Origin: Octopus sinensis
Lineage: Eukaryota
Length of the DNA stretch: 64,000 nt
NCBI RefSeq assembly: GCF_006345805.1
Contig: NC_043005.1
Span: forward strand, 38,936,001 to 39,000,000
Direction of reading: 5' to 3'
This document shows positions 1 to 14,881 of this stretch, in pieces. Under the pieces are notes generated by a model. It was not told where the DNA came from. It made no database searches and saw only the letters and a list, made by a program, of their open reading frames with translations. The number at the start of each line of letters is the position of its first letter. Position 1 is the stretch's first letter. A program made the translations under genes and the position numbers.

Positions 1-7
1 TTAAATG

Positions 8-90
<83 letters not shown>

Positions 91-774
91 CTCTCTCTCC
101 ATCCCTCTGATCTCCTTTTCACTGTTTCTTTTTCTTTTGTATGTCTGTATGAGCATCTAGTTCTATTTGTATATGTGGATAGTTAGATGAATGTAATATC
201 TCTCACCCTCCATCACACTTTCTCTCTCTCTCTTATTATCTCTAACTATATGTGTGTGTATCTACGAGTGAGTGCGTGTATGTGTTTACCTCTTGTGCCA
301 AACCTAAAATTGCCACTTCAAGTTGAATGTCCAGTCGGTCGTGTCAAATCATCTGCATCCAAACAGCCATGCCAAACAAACTCATTCCGTTACTTGACCT
401 GTTATAAGTGACAGTTAAATCTTCCTCACACCGTAACCTACCGTCTTAGAAACAGGTAAGTCTAGATTAGATCAAATAGTCTTTTATATCAGTAAAAAGT
501 TGTGATGGTTATAGATGAAATACCAGCGATCATGAGTCTATTCCATCGAGATTGAGATTTAGTCAAGTTTTGAAAACAAATAATAATTCATGGAATGAAT
601 GCAGAAGACCAAGAATTCAAGCAATGACGTATATATTCATTTTAAATCATTTTGGCAGATTCGAACGTGAATATCCACTCGATACTGTTGTTATACATCA
701 GAGAACACCTACTCCTTTTAGAAAAGTGTCTTCATAAGACAGCTGGTTATTCAGTATAAGGGGACTTTGAAACT

Positions 775-815
775 CTGCAGTGTTTCGACCTCATTGTGTT
801 TCTCCTCAGTCAATG
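775..815 (-). ncRNA. Degenerate minimal type-I hammerhead-like motif
   Basis: Minus strand reads ttga-CTGAGGA-gaaacacaatgaggtc-GAAA-cactgcagag-TT-tcaa. The core is intact, stem I is TTGA/TCAA and stem III is near-palindromic, but stem II is mostly mispaired. Confidence 0.35.
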
Positions 816-3204
816 CTATCCCACCGGACTGACGAATCTGATAGCAGTTCGAGCTGTTGTTTATGGAAATCAACGGACAAAATATCCGTTGATGTATGCT
901 GGTGATTGACAGATGGATATTTCATGAGATACTTCAACAACAGACAAGAGTCCAAACAATAACATATATGTTCACTCTTAATACGCTCTGGCTGATCTGA
1001 ACGTGAATATGAGATATCTGTTGTCTTTTTGTCAAAAGTTTACATGTCCCTTTAAACAATGTGTCCATAACACATGTGATTCACAGTTGGCGGATTCAGG
1101 GTTGCGTGTTGTTACCTTCTCGTTCCACAATTTTTATGAACAGAATTGACACGTACAGCCTTGAAGGAAATGATATCAGAACTACCACGTGTCGAATCAA
1201 CAACACATTAAAAACACGATATGGGGAAAATTTGTTTTTAAAGATAATAAAGTGTGCATTAGATTAAGTGTTGTCCACCGAGAGTATGAGACACTTTCAC
1301 ACAGCCATTTTAACGCTGCCTATTTGGCATTACTAATTCGAGTCTGACTTATTTGACATCAACCATTTGAATGTTTCTCTAGTTTTAATGTACCTGTCGT
1401 TTTAACATTTCGCTCATTCTCTCTCTTCCCCTTCCTTTCTTACCCTTTTTGCATGCGCATATTTCTCCAGGTACCTGTGCATGTATTTGTCTCTGGTTCC
1501 AGAACGTACTGTCGCCAAATCAAATCAGTCAGCCGCGTCAAATCATCAACGTCCAAATAGGTACGCCCAAATGTCTCATTCCGCTCTGTCAAAGGACCAA
1601 GAAACCATAAAGCCAACCGAATTTACCCCCAAATACCAACATTACGAATATGAAAAGCCTTTTCCTTAAAGAATTCCAGTGAGACAGTCAAACATACCAC
1701 TAAACAATTTTTAAAAAACCAAGGGAAGGTATAGCTGTTATACAATTAAATATGAAGCATTTATCAAATACATTCTTTCATTTATTTCTACTTAGCTCGC
1801 TATCGCCACATTTCTGAAAGGAGGTAAAATTTATTGAAATAAAAGAAATTTGCTGAGGAAGAATAGAGCTACGAAACACCACGATAAAAATAAGAATATA
1901 TTTCAGTTTAAATCATGTAATAAAGTAAAGAACTAAAATAAATGGTAGGGGCAGGAGGACAAATGAATTTGCCTGACAATCCACTACAATAACATGAGTT
2001 TAGTTAGAAAGATTCATAAATGTTCTTCGGAGCGATACAAGAGTGTTTCACTTTGCCTTCGGCCGGATTATTAACTGTTTATTCTGCTCTAGCAAACTTA
2101 GTGTGGCATGTTTAAACAAAGGGACTGGTTTTCCACGTGGCATTAGGAAATGTCAGCATACCCGTGAGCGTGTGTGATACATATGTAGGTTCCAGCACTA
2201 CTCCGACTCCTGTATATCTATGTCTTAGCCATATATGTTGTGTCTCTTTTTTTGCACACCCACCAGTTTTGATGTCACTTGCGCTTGTCAATCCGGCTCA
2301 TAATGAGTCCAACACCTGTGAATCCTGCTTGCTATTAAGACTCAACGCATAAAGTAACTCTTGAAAGTTATGATCAGCAAGAGCCAAAGCAAACCTGGAA
2401 GTAGTGGATTCGAAGAGGTAATTCCGTTCTTCACCAAAATTCTTGAACTGTGTAATCTATGTCTTACTATCGAGTGCAACTCAATGACTTACTCGGTACA
2501 AAATTACATATTATTATATTTTAAATAATAAAATTGAATTGAAGAGTGAAAGTTCTTTAAATTTATTGCAAATTTACAAAACATTATATCATTTTAGATT
2601 GTATTTTTCCTATTTTATAGAATTTGAAATTAGTCTGTCCGTTTCTTGAAAGTAGATAATAGGATGAGATATATTCTAAATAAAATTATTTTGACCTCAC
2701 AATAACACTAAATATATATATATAATACCTACAGATATACATATATGTATATGTATATACATATAAATATATATATATATACACATATATATATATACAT
2801 AAGTAGATGGAGAGAGTAAGAGGAATGAGAGTGAGAGTGAGAAAGAGAGAGAGAGAGGTAGAATTCAACAATGCTCTTCAAGAGTTAAATCTCTACTGTT
2901 AAGAGATACTTAAAATGAAACCCAAACAAACAGGAATTTCTACATACAAACAAGAAAATAATATTCTCTGCTTATTGACAGTATTGTAAAGAAAGCTATT
3001 TAATTGGACCTATCATATACATAACAATAGACATTGTTAAAAGTGAAAAAAAAAATAGTATAAAAATCATAGATCTGGCATTCAACAATACTCTTGATCT
3101 ATACATATATCAAGTGAACGGGAATTATTGTATGTTGTTCAACATTGATTAAACACTTTTCCGTTTTGAGAGACAGTAAAATTATGCTTCACAAACTACT
3201 TTTA

Positions 3205-3580
<376 letters not shown>

Positions 3581-3953
3581 AAATCGTCGTCATTATCATT
3601 ATCCTTCTGGTATCGACATCGTCGAGATGATAATCATTACCCGCCGCCACCACCACCGCACTGCCGTCCCCTTTTATAATCATCGTTATCGTTTTAATTC
3701 CCGAAAACAATAGACAGCTAAGAAACAAAACAAAAAATAAATAATATATTCAAATTAAAGTCGTTTGCATTGCTGTAAATATTTACTCATGTGTTTTCAG
3801 CGTCGTTCTCTTCAACAGAAAAGAACACAGAAGAGGCACAGCAAACACGGAAGCGTTTATTGCAAAGAAGAGCACAAATATGGTTCGCATGTATGTTCAC
3901 GATCCCTATTTTATAATAATCGATGTATTTTAATTTGCTCTCTGTCTCTCTCT

Positions 3954-4039
<86 letters not shown>

Positions 4040-4068
4040 GTCTGTCTGTCTATCTATCCGTCTGTCTG

Positions 4069-4117
<49 letters not shown>

Positions 4118-4136
4118 ATATCTATCTATCTATCTA

Positions 4137-4177
<41 letters not shown>

Positions 4178-5214
4178 ACCTATCTGTCTATCTATCTCTG
4201 TCTCTCGTGGAGACAGAATTTACTTGATCAAACAAATATCGACGTATTACAGAATAACCATACGTATGTGTGTGTTTAAGTGAGTATGTTTGCGTGCGTG
4301 CCCTGCATTTCTAAGTGAGAAATATAAGCAGAAGTGGCACAGATAAGAAGATAAATGCTTCCATGCCAGTAGACCCCTAATCAATAAGAAGAGATCAAAG
4401 ACAAAGAAGAGAAGTTCCAAACTTAGGACTTATCCAACTGAACTGACATTGTATTAACACTTTTCCATAATGTTCCTCTAATGCTGGTAAAATATATATA
4501 GTTCACCGACTCCATAAAATCAATGTTACCAGAACAGGTGAACGGTGTACCACGAGTAATGTGTCGAAGCGATTGATGGGGCAAAGTGTGATGAAGTGTT
4601 TTGCCCATGAACACAACTGCTCACGCATAAAAATATAGCTAGATGCTCATACAAATGATTATTTATAGTGATTAAATGTGTGTGCTGTATACCAGTCGAA
4701 CGATGCCATCAAACTTAGATATGTTTCGGCCAAACATTACCACAGAAGCCTGATGGTATCTGTTCAAGCCAATTTAACATTTATGGTATTATGGCCCATT
4801 CAAGTAGGGAGTGGTTGTTGCTATTCCTTGGACAAAGTCGTTCAAGTTTCGTTTTTGTAGGTGATGGGATATTTTTCTTCTTCGATTTGTTTTGGGAAGA
4901 TATTAAATAGAGCATGGTCTACTAAGGAAAATAAATTGTGGAAGTGAATGGAGGCATACGGTACGTGGCCTCAGCCTTGAATGAATATAGAATCTTACGT
5001 TATGGTCATTTAGGCAATGTTGGTGGTGGTGTTGTGTGGAGGATTTATGGCAAGTTGCTGCAGCCCTGTATGAATCCAACACCCGTGAACCAGCATGGGA
5101 TTCTACTTTATCTTTGTGTTCAACCCACCACACCATATTTCTCATTAAGAAACATGCTCGCACACATTCACGTTCACATACACACACACGCATACATAAT
5201 ACATACATACATAT

Positions 5215-5245
<31 letters not shown>

Positions 5246-5661
5246 CGTACATACATACATAAATACATATGTACATACATACATACACATACATACATAC
5301 ATACATACATACATACATACATACATACATACATACACACATAGAATACAGCCCATTCTGGACTGTTTTCGTCTTTACACAAGATACATGCGTTAATCAC
5401 CTTTACACCGACAGAGTTGGTATGTCAAACGATTTATCATTTGCATAGCAATTTCATTTAGAAATTATTTAACACACTTGTCTGAACTTTTCATTCAATA
5501 CAAGCGATTGTTTCATCGCATATTCAATTCCAATTAGCTTAATTTGGATGTGTCTTACAAAGTGCATCAAACAAAGGACAAACGGTAACATGTGTACGTC
5601 AACTTAAATAAACATATATACAAATATTCACACACATATACGCATGTATATATATATATAT

Positions 5662-5755
<94 letters not shown>

Positions 5756-5770
5756 CATATATATACATAT

Positions 5771-5805
<35 letters not shown>

Positions 5806-6662
5806 CAAAACACTCAAACATATGTGTATATATAAATCTCTCTCCCTTTCTCTCTCTCTCTATCTGCATATATATATATATGTGTGTGTGTACATATGTA
5901 TGTATGCACGTATGTATTCACTCACGTACATGCACATACACATACACACATGTACACATATATGTGTGGGCCAATATATATGCCTAGTCGATAATAAAAA
6001 GTTCAACAATTCTTTCACCTGAGACTACACACACACACATACACACACACACAAGCATAGTCTGACACTCAAGTATATAGAGGAGCACACACATATTCAC
6101 ATACGCAGTTATATATGTGTGTTTCTGTGTGCGTGTGTGTGTGTGTGTGTGTGTTGTCTTCTATTATTTCTGCTTTTCCAAATTAAAATGTAAAGTGGAA
6201 CAGAAAAAACTTTTAAAACCAATCACGTGTGATGTTTGTATCCATTTTGGAGTCTAGCGTTTTAATTCTGTAATTGAATTTTGATGTCGACTACAAATGC
6301 ATCTAACATAACAATCTCGTTCTTCAACGTGTTTGCTGGTGTATGCCAATGTAACTATATCTTACACTGTCTTCATGTAACGTCTACATAGGTCATCTTA
6401 TTCATGTGTGTGTTTAATGTGCGTAGAGCCATCTGTTACCGCGTATATGCTCGAACGTGAATTTTTGTATGTGTGCAACTGTTTAAGTGAGAGAAATACG
6501 TAAAATTCGTAACATCTAAATTATCATATTCAGATCTCTTAACTTATTGCTTAATTGTATGGATGCATGGTGACGTTACTCCATGGGTACTTGAATACAC
6601 ACTCACACACACACATATGTACATAAATATCCATACATATATGTATACATGTATATGTATGC

Positions 6663-6719
<57 letters not shown>

Positions 6720-8231
6720 CACATACACATACTTGGGTTGGATGTGTTTATATATCTACCTATACGTAAATTTATTTGTATATATATATATATGCATGTA
6801 TGTATGTATGTGTGTGTATTAAATATATATACATACACAGACATATATATATACACATTTACATATATGTACATATATGAACACGCCTCCTCATATATAT
6901 ATATTTATAAGTAGTTGTCTGTCTTTTTTATTACTTATTATATAGGATATCAAATAGAAATTCCTTACGTACTTTAAATGCAAAGATAAAATATTATCTT
7001 TTAATGTTAAAAAGTTAGAAAATCATAGGAAAAAATATGGCTTACCATGTCTTCTTTATTTTTTTAAATCACGCTTGAGATAAAATATACTTGCTGTTCT
7101 TTGGTGATTTTTTTTCTTTCAATGTACGATAAACTGCCTCTCATTTCTTCCTTACTGCATTCAATAGACTTTTTCTGTGTCTCTTTGCATTCAAGTTTGG
7201 TCAGTGAAAAAATTCCTAATTCACATAAATATTATGTTGAAAAGTGAATGAAAATACACAAAGCTCTTGTTTCCCGATACCAGAGTTTATTTTCCTCTGA
7301 TGGAACGCCAAATCTTTTCATAATACAACTTCTCGTATTTGATTTTAAAACTCCAGTTCTGATGTAGAAGCCAATTCGTCTTCTTCATATAACTTCAAAC
7401 CGACTTCAGTCGGAATTTCCCCGGAAGAAATGATTTCGAATCTAATCATATTGTTTTATGTTTAATAATGGGAAGTTAAACCTCAATTTCTCCTCAAATA
7501 CTCAAATATGATAGAAGTCTTTTCCTTTGTAGTTGATTTGGTTATTAAAAGAAATATGACCACCTCTAGTATTTTCCATTCCAAATTCCTACGTTCATCT
7601 GAGGATATATTTATTTTTAACTAGAACATTCCTGTTCTCTGTTCAGTACATGAAGGTGCTGAAATATGCTTTTTAAATATTCTAGGGTTTAAATCCAAAA
7701 TTCACAGTGATGTAATTTTTTTTTAATCTTGAAATTTTCATAATGCCGTTATCAGAGATCCTATACCGAACAGATTATTCTATCCTTATCACAGTTAGCT
7801 GTTATAAAAGCATCTCTTCCATGAATCTTATCTTCACATAGTTTCTCAAAGGAACGATTCGTCAATGTTTTGGTAATAGAATAAAATATTTCGATTACAT
7901 GTTTAAAAAAAATCTCTTCACTATTAAAATTCTTGGTATCCTTTTGCAATAAACATGTGACTTACACCCAAAATTTACATTCCACAAAAACGCGCATTCG
8001 TGAACATACACACGCACACACACGTACAGACGTGCACACATACGCACGCACGTACATGCGTTCACACACACACACACACACACACACACCAGAGTACACA
8101 TCTTCATAAGTTTGCAGTCACACACACGCGCATACACACAGTCTCCTTTTCTTACACACCTCCCCATTCACATCCTTACAACTACATAAATATATAATGG
8201 TGAACCCATAGCTAAACCATGTATACATTAG

Positions 8232-9278
8232 CTATTATCACCGATAATAGCCAATATATACATGAAATACTTTGAGAATTTGGCTTTAGAATTAACACCA
8301 CTAAAACCAACCCTATGGCTGCGATATGTTGATGACATCTTCATGCCCTGGCGCCACCAGTAAGATGTCCAAGTGCTGTTAGATCATGTGAACTCAATAA
8401 AGCCATCCATACAGTTCACAATGGAAAAAGAAAAAGACAATCAGCTAGCATTCCTGGACGTATTAATAACACGCATCAAGTATGAATTCAGAACATCCGT
8501 ACACCGGAAGCCGACTTTCACTGGACGATACCTCAAATTCCACCATCCATACAATGTAAAGAGAGGGATTGCTCAGTGCCTAAAACATCCAGCAATGAAT
8601 ATAAGTAGCGATTGTGATATCCACCACGAAGAAATGATCAAGCTATATAACAGTTTATTAAGCAACAACTACCCCACAAGCATACTATCCACTTCAATTA
8701 TGAAGAAAAGAGAGGGTGAAACCGATAACTGTCCACAGCCTGTCTATCCTATGTGAAAGGCCTCTCCGAAAAGATACAAAAGATATGCGGCTCATATGAC
8801 ATCAGGACAATATTCAAAAGTAATACAACACTTCGCAAATATCTCCGTCGATTAAAACCACCAATAGAAGAGAGTATGACTAAGAACTGTGTGTACTCCA
8901 TTCCATGCAGCTGTGGTAGATTAAACAAAGGCGAAACATGCCGCCCCCTCAAAATAAAGGTAGACGAATTTCGCAAAGCTGTGATACGGCGAGATATTGA
9001 TAAATCGGGTATAGCTGATCATGTTTGGAAAAATGGAAACCACCTCACCTTATGGGATGAAGTTAGAATTATAGACAAAGGACACCACTGGAAAATACGA
9101 AAACTAAAAGAAGCAGCACATATGCTAGGACACAACAACCTCCTAAGCAGACTGAATGCAGATATGAACAGCATATGGAAACCGGTATTAAGTAAGGATA
9201 GGAGCATATTAGATTTATAAGACCTAAAATTCACTCCATAATTGCCCACGGTTCCGAGTTCGATTCTTAGCAGTGACC

Positions 9279-9315
<37 letters not shown>

Positions 9316-9523
9316 TAATAATAATAACAACAACAACAACAACATCGAAAAATACCTTAGGAATGATAACCCAGGTTGTGTCCTTAGGAATGAGAACTCC
9401 AAGACATCTGATGAAGGCTGGAGGTTATATCAGCCGAAATGTTGTGTCAACAACAAACAAGATCCGTCAATTGTAAATAATGTAAATAATGTACACAATT
9501 CTTCATCTCTTAAATACAGAACT
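8232..9523 (+). mobile_element. Penelope-like retroelement, 5'-truncated: RT C-terminal half + GIY-YIG endonuclease + 3' pLTR-like end (stop and frameshifts)
   Basis: Hand translation gives LSPIIANIYM...LWLRYVDDIF (RYVDD at ~8322-8336). ORF 8373-8756 has FTMEKEKDNQLAFLDVLI and VHRKPTFTGRYL. ORF 8753-9220 has VYSIPCSCG..GETCRPL and SGIADHVW..RKLKEA (GIY-YIG). A hammerhead motif follows at 9403-9448. Confidence 0.92.
9403..9448 (+). ncRNA. Minimal type-I hammerhead ribozyme motif in the Penelope pLTR
   Basis: GACAT-CTGATGA-A-GGCTG(gaggttatat)CAGCC-GAAA-TG-TT-GTGTC. Stem I has 5 bp and stem II has 5 bp; stem III is reduced to a dinucleotide (TG, probably CpG-decayed CG). Confidence 0.65.
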
Positions 9524-10376
9524 ATAGAACTTCGAAAAAATATATACATAGAACGCCCTAAATCAGAGCTGACGTAGAGAAGTCAAGTAATTTATGATGT
9601 TTCAAATGGTTTCAAATGGTTCCAAATGGTTGCCTGATTAACCAAACGGTTAACCAACACTCGCTTAGAGAATGGATTAAGTAGTTAACCAATTGACAAA
9701 TAATAATAAAGAACGGAAATAGAACCAGTGTATGAGTTTATTATTGGCAAAATGACTGACTAATCGCCCGACATGAGTAAAATCAAATGAATGTCAACAG
9801 CTTCGATTAGTTTGGTAATGTCACTCGAGTCATCAGCTTGGAAATTGAAATTCGGGTGCTTTAGCATATCGCCAAAACCATACCAGTTTTTAAAATGTCA
9901 TAATAGTCGAAGAACTCTACCACTTTAAAGAAGAATTTTACTTCTTGTTATCCTTGATTTCCTTGCACCGTCTTGATCATATTAGAAACAGGTCGAAATA
10001 GGAGACTTGTGCATTGAGTGAATAATTACTACGCATATTTCAGTAGAAGGAGATTCAGTATTTGATGAAACTGTTATTACACTTTTAAACGTATATCGCG
10101 CGTTTGCTGATAGTCTTGAACATCTTTTAAAAATTTTGCGTCATCTACTTAAAGATAAATAAGTAGATTGTAAATACTAATATGGCCATCATTCAACATC
10201 TACATACTGAAAGCGGATATTAAGTTACTGTTCCTGAAGAAGTAATATTTAAATGGATGAAGCCCTATTTGCGATTAGGCTGAATATAATCATAACGTGT
10301 ACAGGAACTTGTTGCACTTGAAACATGCACATTATTGGAATCCCAAACAGAAAGGCTGCATTCCCTATTTAGGAAT

Positions 10377-10416
<40 letters not shown>

Positions 10417-11420
10417 GTATATATACATATATGAAGTGTACCATTATTTATCCAAATAACACCATACATTAGTGCATTTTCTCAAGATTGTGTAAGCATT
10501 GCAGATTCTTAGCTTCAAATCATCTGTTGCACTTGCCTGTGTGTTGTGTCGTGTCTTATCTTTAAAACATGTCTTTTATCTCTAGACTTTAATTATACGT
10601 ATAGTTCTATGTACAGTTGTGAGTAATTGATAGTGAACGTAATTGTTTAAAAGAATGCAGCATCCGTATATAACATTGTGATATAGAAATTAATGCGGAA
10701 ACATATAACCGTTAGCTAACACTAAAGTGTGTACGTAGATGTGTATGCATCTTAAGGTTCAACTTTTTTGTTAGGTATTATCTTTTTGTTAGGTATTATC
10801 TTCCCTAGTTATGTTTTAGGAATTAATACGGACGCTCATAAGAGTATTAAACTTCAAGAATAGTGAGAGAGACTTCCGTATAACTCTCCTTGTTATGCAA
10901 CAAAATACATACGATCAAAAACTGTCTCTTGGGAAGTAAGAATTTAAGTACACGACACTCAGTGTACTGATAGCTTGTGTGGATGTATAAAGTTTGAGAG
11001 CGTTATCTTAATACAATCTTACTAGCGATTCGACCTAAAATTTATCTTAATAAAGTATAATACAATATTATGCGATACATTGAATTATTATATTATATTA
11101 TGTTATATTGTGTTATATAATATCATATTACATTGTGCTATATTATGTTACATTGTATTATATTATAGGTCAATATAATAAATAAGATAATTGAATGCTT
11201 GTGATAATTTTACTGCAGCTGCTACAATCTATTATTAAAATTTGATGTGATATCATAATATATGTTTATTTCAGTGAACAGATAAATATATAAAACAAAC
11301 AATGTATAAATGTGCAGTATTCAAAATTGTTGCTCAAAAGCAGAGAACAGTCGGATACGATAATGTTTATTGCTATACATATGTACTACAATGATGTTGT
11401 CCGATACATACATACATGCC

Positions 11421-11472
<52 letters not shown>

Positions 11473-11806
11473 ATATATGTATGTATGTATGTATGTATAT
11501 ATATATAAGTATACATGTATTTATATATATATTTATACATGTAAATATATGTGTATATGTTTGTGTGTGTGTGTGTGTGTGTATACTCTATTTGTGGGTT
11601 AACAAGCCACCAATGGTTTCATGTAGTGGTAATTTCAAGAATTATTAAGCCTGCTACATAGTAACGTTGGTACTCGACTCCATCTATTATGAGTATACAC
11701 AAAGCAACACGTGACTGTGCCTGATATTGGGATAAATAAATATGCAGATCATGGAATAATTCCTGACGGGTGAAAAATAACGAGGATGAGCTAATTGATG
11801 CCGGAA

Positions 11807-12012
11807 TTAGGAAGTTATGGTGAAGCAGAGATAATGGATCTGATTTTATTCCCTATATGGATAAAATGAGTAAAAATATGCAAAATATTTAGCCAAGTGT
11901 TCATAACAACCATTAACACAAAACTTAAAGAAGTTATGTTCCCAGATATCAATATGAATCTTAATACTGGCAAATTTACACCATACCATGAACCAAATGA
12001 GGATACCCGCTA
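11807..12012 (+). mobile_element. Degenerate Penelope-like RT fragment
   Basis: Translates LGSYGEAEIMDL (cf. MGSYDGAEVCEL motif) and EVMFPDINMNLNTGKFTPYHEPN (cf. VNFLDVTLNL..GKY.PY.KPN). Confidence 0.6.
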
Positions 12013-12129
12013 AATTGGTACAGGCTTTATATTTTAGCTTATTTCAGAACTCTTGCTGTATATTTGTGTGTTATGCGAGTAGGGATTGGTTGTCTGTGGA
12101 TGCATGTTGCACTTTGCTATGTTAGATTT

Positions 12130-12359
12130 GGCGAGCTGGCCGAAGCGTTAACACGCCGGGCGAAATGCTTACGGGTATTTCGTCTGTTTTTACGTTTTGA
12201 GTTCAAATTCAGCCGAGATCGACTTTGCTTTCATTCATTCGGGATCGATAGATTAAGTACCGGTTGCGTACTGGGGTCGATGTAATCGACTTAATCCCTT
12301 TGCCTATCCTTGTTTGTCCCCTCTATGTTTAGCCCCTTGCGGGCAATAAAGAAATAAGA
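12130..12359 (+). mobile_element. tRNA-derived SINE, family A
   Basis: Pol III A-box-like TGGCCGAAGCGT and B-box GAGTTCAAATTC, with an AAAGAAATAAGA tail; aligns along its length with 13398-13627. Confidence 0.85.
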
Positions 12360-12984
12360 TTTGTATATACAGAAATGTATCCTGACAGAGGATTATATTT
12401 AACATAGTGTGTACACATTTAGTATAATAAATAGCGAACTAATGGTGTTGTTTTCATTCCTATTCTTTATACCGCTCATACTCAGTTTTCATGAAATAAT
12501 ACAAAACGTTCGACGAAAGGAAATACATATTGCTGGATGCTTTAAAAGTAACTCAGTTGATGAATCATAAGCCTTAAGTACACCATAATAGAATAGCAGC
12601 TACGTAAATAATGGTGGTTATATACAAATTTCAGGTTCATTCATCATTCGTTTGCTGATCAAAACATTAATTTTGGTGTTAATCTTACTTGAATACATTG
12701 TATTTGAAGACGTATAAAGCACACAAAATTGTTGTTTTTTTATTTCCCAAAACCATTCAAAATTACATTAACTTGTATGGAATGGTTTGAATATTTCATG
12801 TTGTATCGTAAAAGTATGCATCGTACATATGTATTTAATACAGGGTGTAGTAAAGGAAACAACATAGGATAAGAAAGGACGACTTAATTCTTAATTGCTT
12901 TATATGAGAGTGATTTCTTTTTTTTAATAGCCTTTCACACACACACACACACAAATATATATGTAATATATATATGCATTTATA

Positions 12985-13043
<59 letters not shown>

Positions 13044-13397
13044 TGTATGAATATATATATATATATATGTATATATGTGTGTGTATATAAATAATGTATG
13101 TATATATACATTTAATCTGAGCGTGCGCGTGTGTGTGTGTGTGGCCACGTGTTTAAGTGGGCGTGCGCGCCCGCGTGTCAGTGTTTATAAGTCTATTGCT
13201 TCCTTGGTAGTACTCTATAATTAACACCCTGTTCCTGAATCAATTAACCTTCTCCAGTCAGGGGTATCCGTATAAGCGTAAACATATAAATTCATCCTCT
13301 CTGTAACTGTATATATTTTTTCAAAAGTGTAATGATTACGTGACTATGGTTCCATCATTATGCTGTACATATATAATCGATATGACAGCATCACACT

Positions 13398-13696
13398 GCG
13401 GTGAGCTGGCAGAATTGTTAGCACGCCGGGTGAAATGCTTAGCGGTATTTCGTCTGCCGCTACGTTCTGAGTTCAAATTCCGCCGAGGTCGACTTTGCCT
13501 TTCATCCTTTCGGGGTCGATTAAATAAGTACCAGTTATGCGCTGGGTTCGATGTAATCGACTTAATCCGTTTGTCTGCCCTTGTTTGTCCTCTCTGTGTT
13601 TAGCCCCTTGTGGGTAGTAAAGAAATAGGTATTTCGTCGGTCTATAAGTTTTGAATTCAAATTCCTCCGATGTCGACTTTACCTTTCATCCTTTCG
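13398..13696 (+). mobile_element. tRNA-derived SINE, family A, followed by a partial second unit (13628-13696)
   Basis: TGGCAGAATTGTTAG A-box and GAGTTCAAATTCC B-box. After the tail, the internal segment GGTATTTCGTC...CCTTTCATCCTTTCG is repeated. Confidence 0.85.
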
Positions 13697-13849
13697 ACGT
13701 TTAAAAACTAATTTTATAGAAACTTCTCTCAACATTCTTATTTTGTTTCTCTAACATAAACTTGTGTAGGTTGAATTATGTAAAATGTTAGAGAAAGAAA
13801 CCTCGATGTTTCTCGCAAAGCGTACCAAAACATACATCTGAAGCAAAAC

Positions 13850-13972
13850 TTTTCAGGGACCCTTAAAACACCATTGTGGATTCCCAATTTACTATTTTGT
13901 TACGTAGACACCTGAAAATTCTTATATGGACCTTCAGTGGTCATATGGACCCCGGTTGACCACTGCTCTAGA
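13850..13972. mobile_element. Possible end of a hAT (Charlie-like) MITE
   Basis: GGACCCCGGTTGACCACTG followed by CTCTAGA resembles a hAT terminus (..ACCACTG) plus the NTCTAGAN-type target. The other end was not found. Confidence 0.3.
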
Positions 13973-14881
13973 TCATCTTTAGGTAACGACACTGTAAAAT
14001 ATCGGGGCAAAATATTTAAATATGGAAACAATTTTTGTACTGGCAAAACCCTATCATTCAGTAGATGGAACAAACTGATGGAAACACCGGTGCACAGATA
14101 TTAAATTACGGTATTGTTTTCCTGTTTAAATCCCATTCTAGTAGCATTACTTTAATGATTCCATTGCCGGTGACCACTTTTATTTTCAGTTTTGCAATTA
14201 CTTGTGACAAAGAAATCGTAGAGTTTCGAGCAATAAACACACATCACTCAAGTCTGGTAATCTAACACCGAATTACCGTCCTATTCTACTGGACAAGTTA
14301 AATAGCTCACAAGGACAAACATTAATGGCAAATAACACATTAAGGATTATCATGAATGTCGGGCGAACCATTAATAGAAACGGAACTAAATTCGAAGAAA
14401 CCAAATGTTGCGTGCTTACGATTATCTTATACATTACAAGACATTTCACTTAGAAGATGAGCATCAAGTATATATGTGTCTATGTATGTATGTGTGCTTG
14501 TGTGTGTTTAAATATGTGCACATGCATGTAGGTCTTTGGGAGTGTGTATGTTTATGCGTCATTTAGGAAGTGGTTTGTGTTTGTTTATCTGAGAATGGAT
14601 TATTATTATTGGTGATCAGGATCGCTAAAATGGTGATTTGTATTAGAACTTTCATATAAATACAGTTTCGGAAAAAGTTAAATACACATGAAATAAATAT
14701 GTCCATGGGAAATTTAAGTCTATATAACTGCTGTGGGATTAACGTCAAGGTATTATCCCACCATATCGTGATAACTAAACTGTTGGTGATAGATACATAT
14801 AGATATACATACACATTGAAGTTAAACATATACGCAATCCCAAACATATATACAGATATACACACATGTATATATATATAA

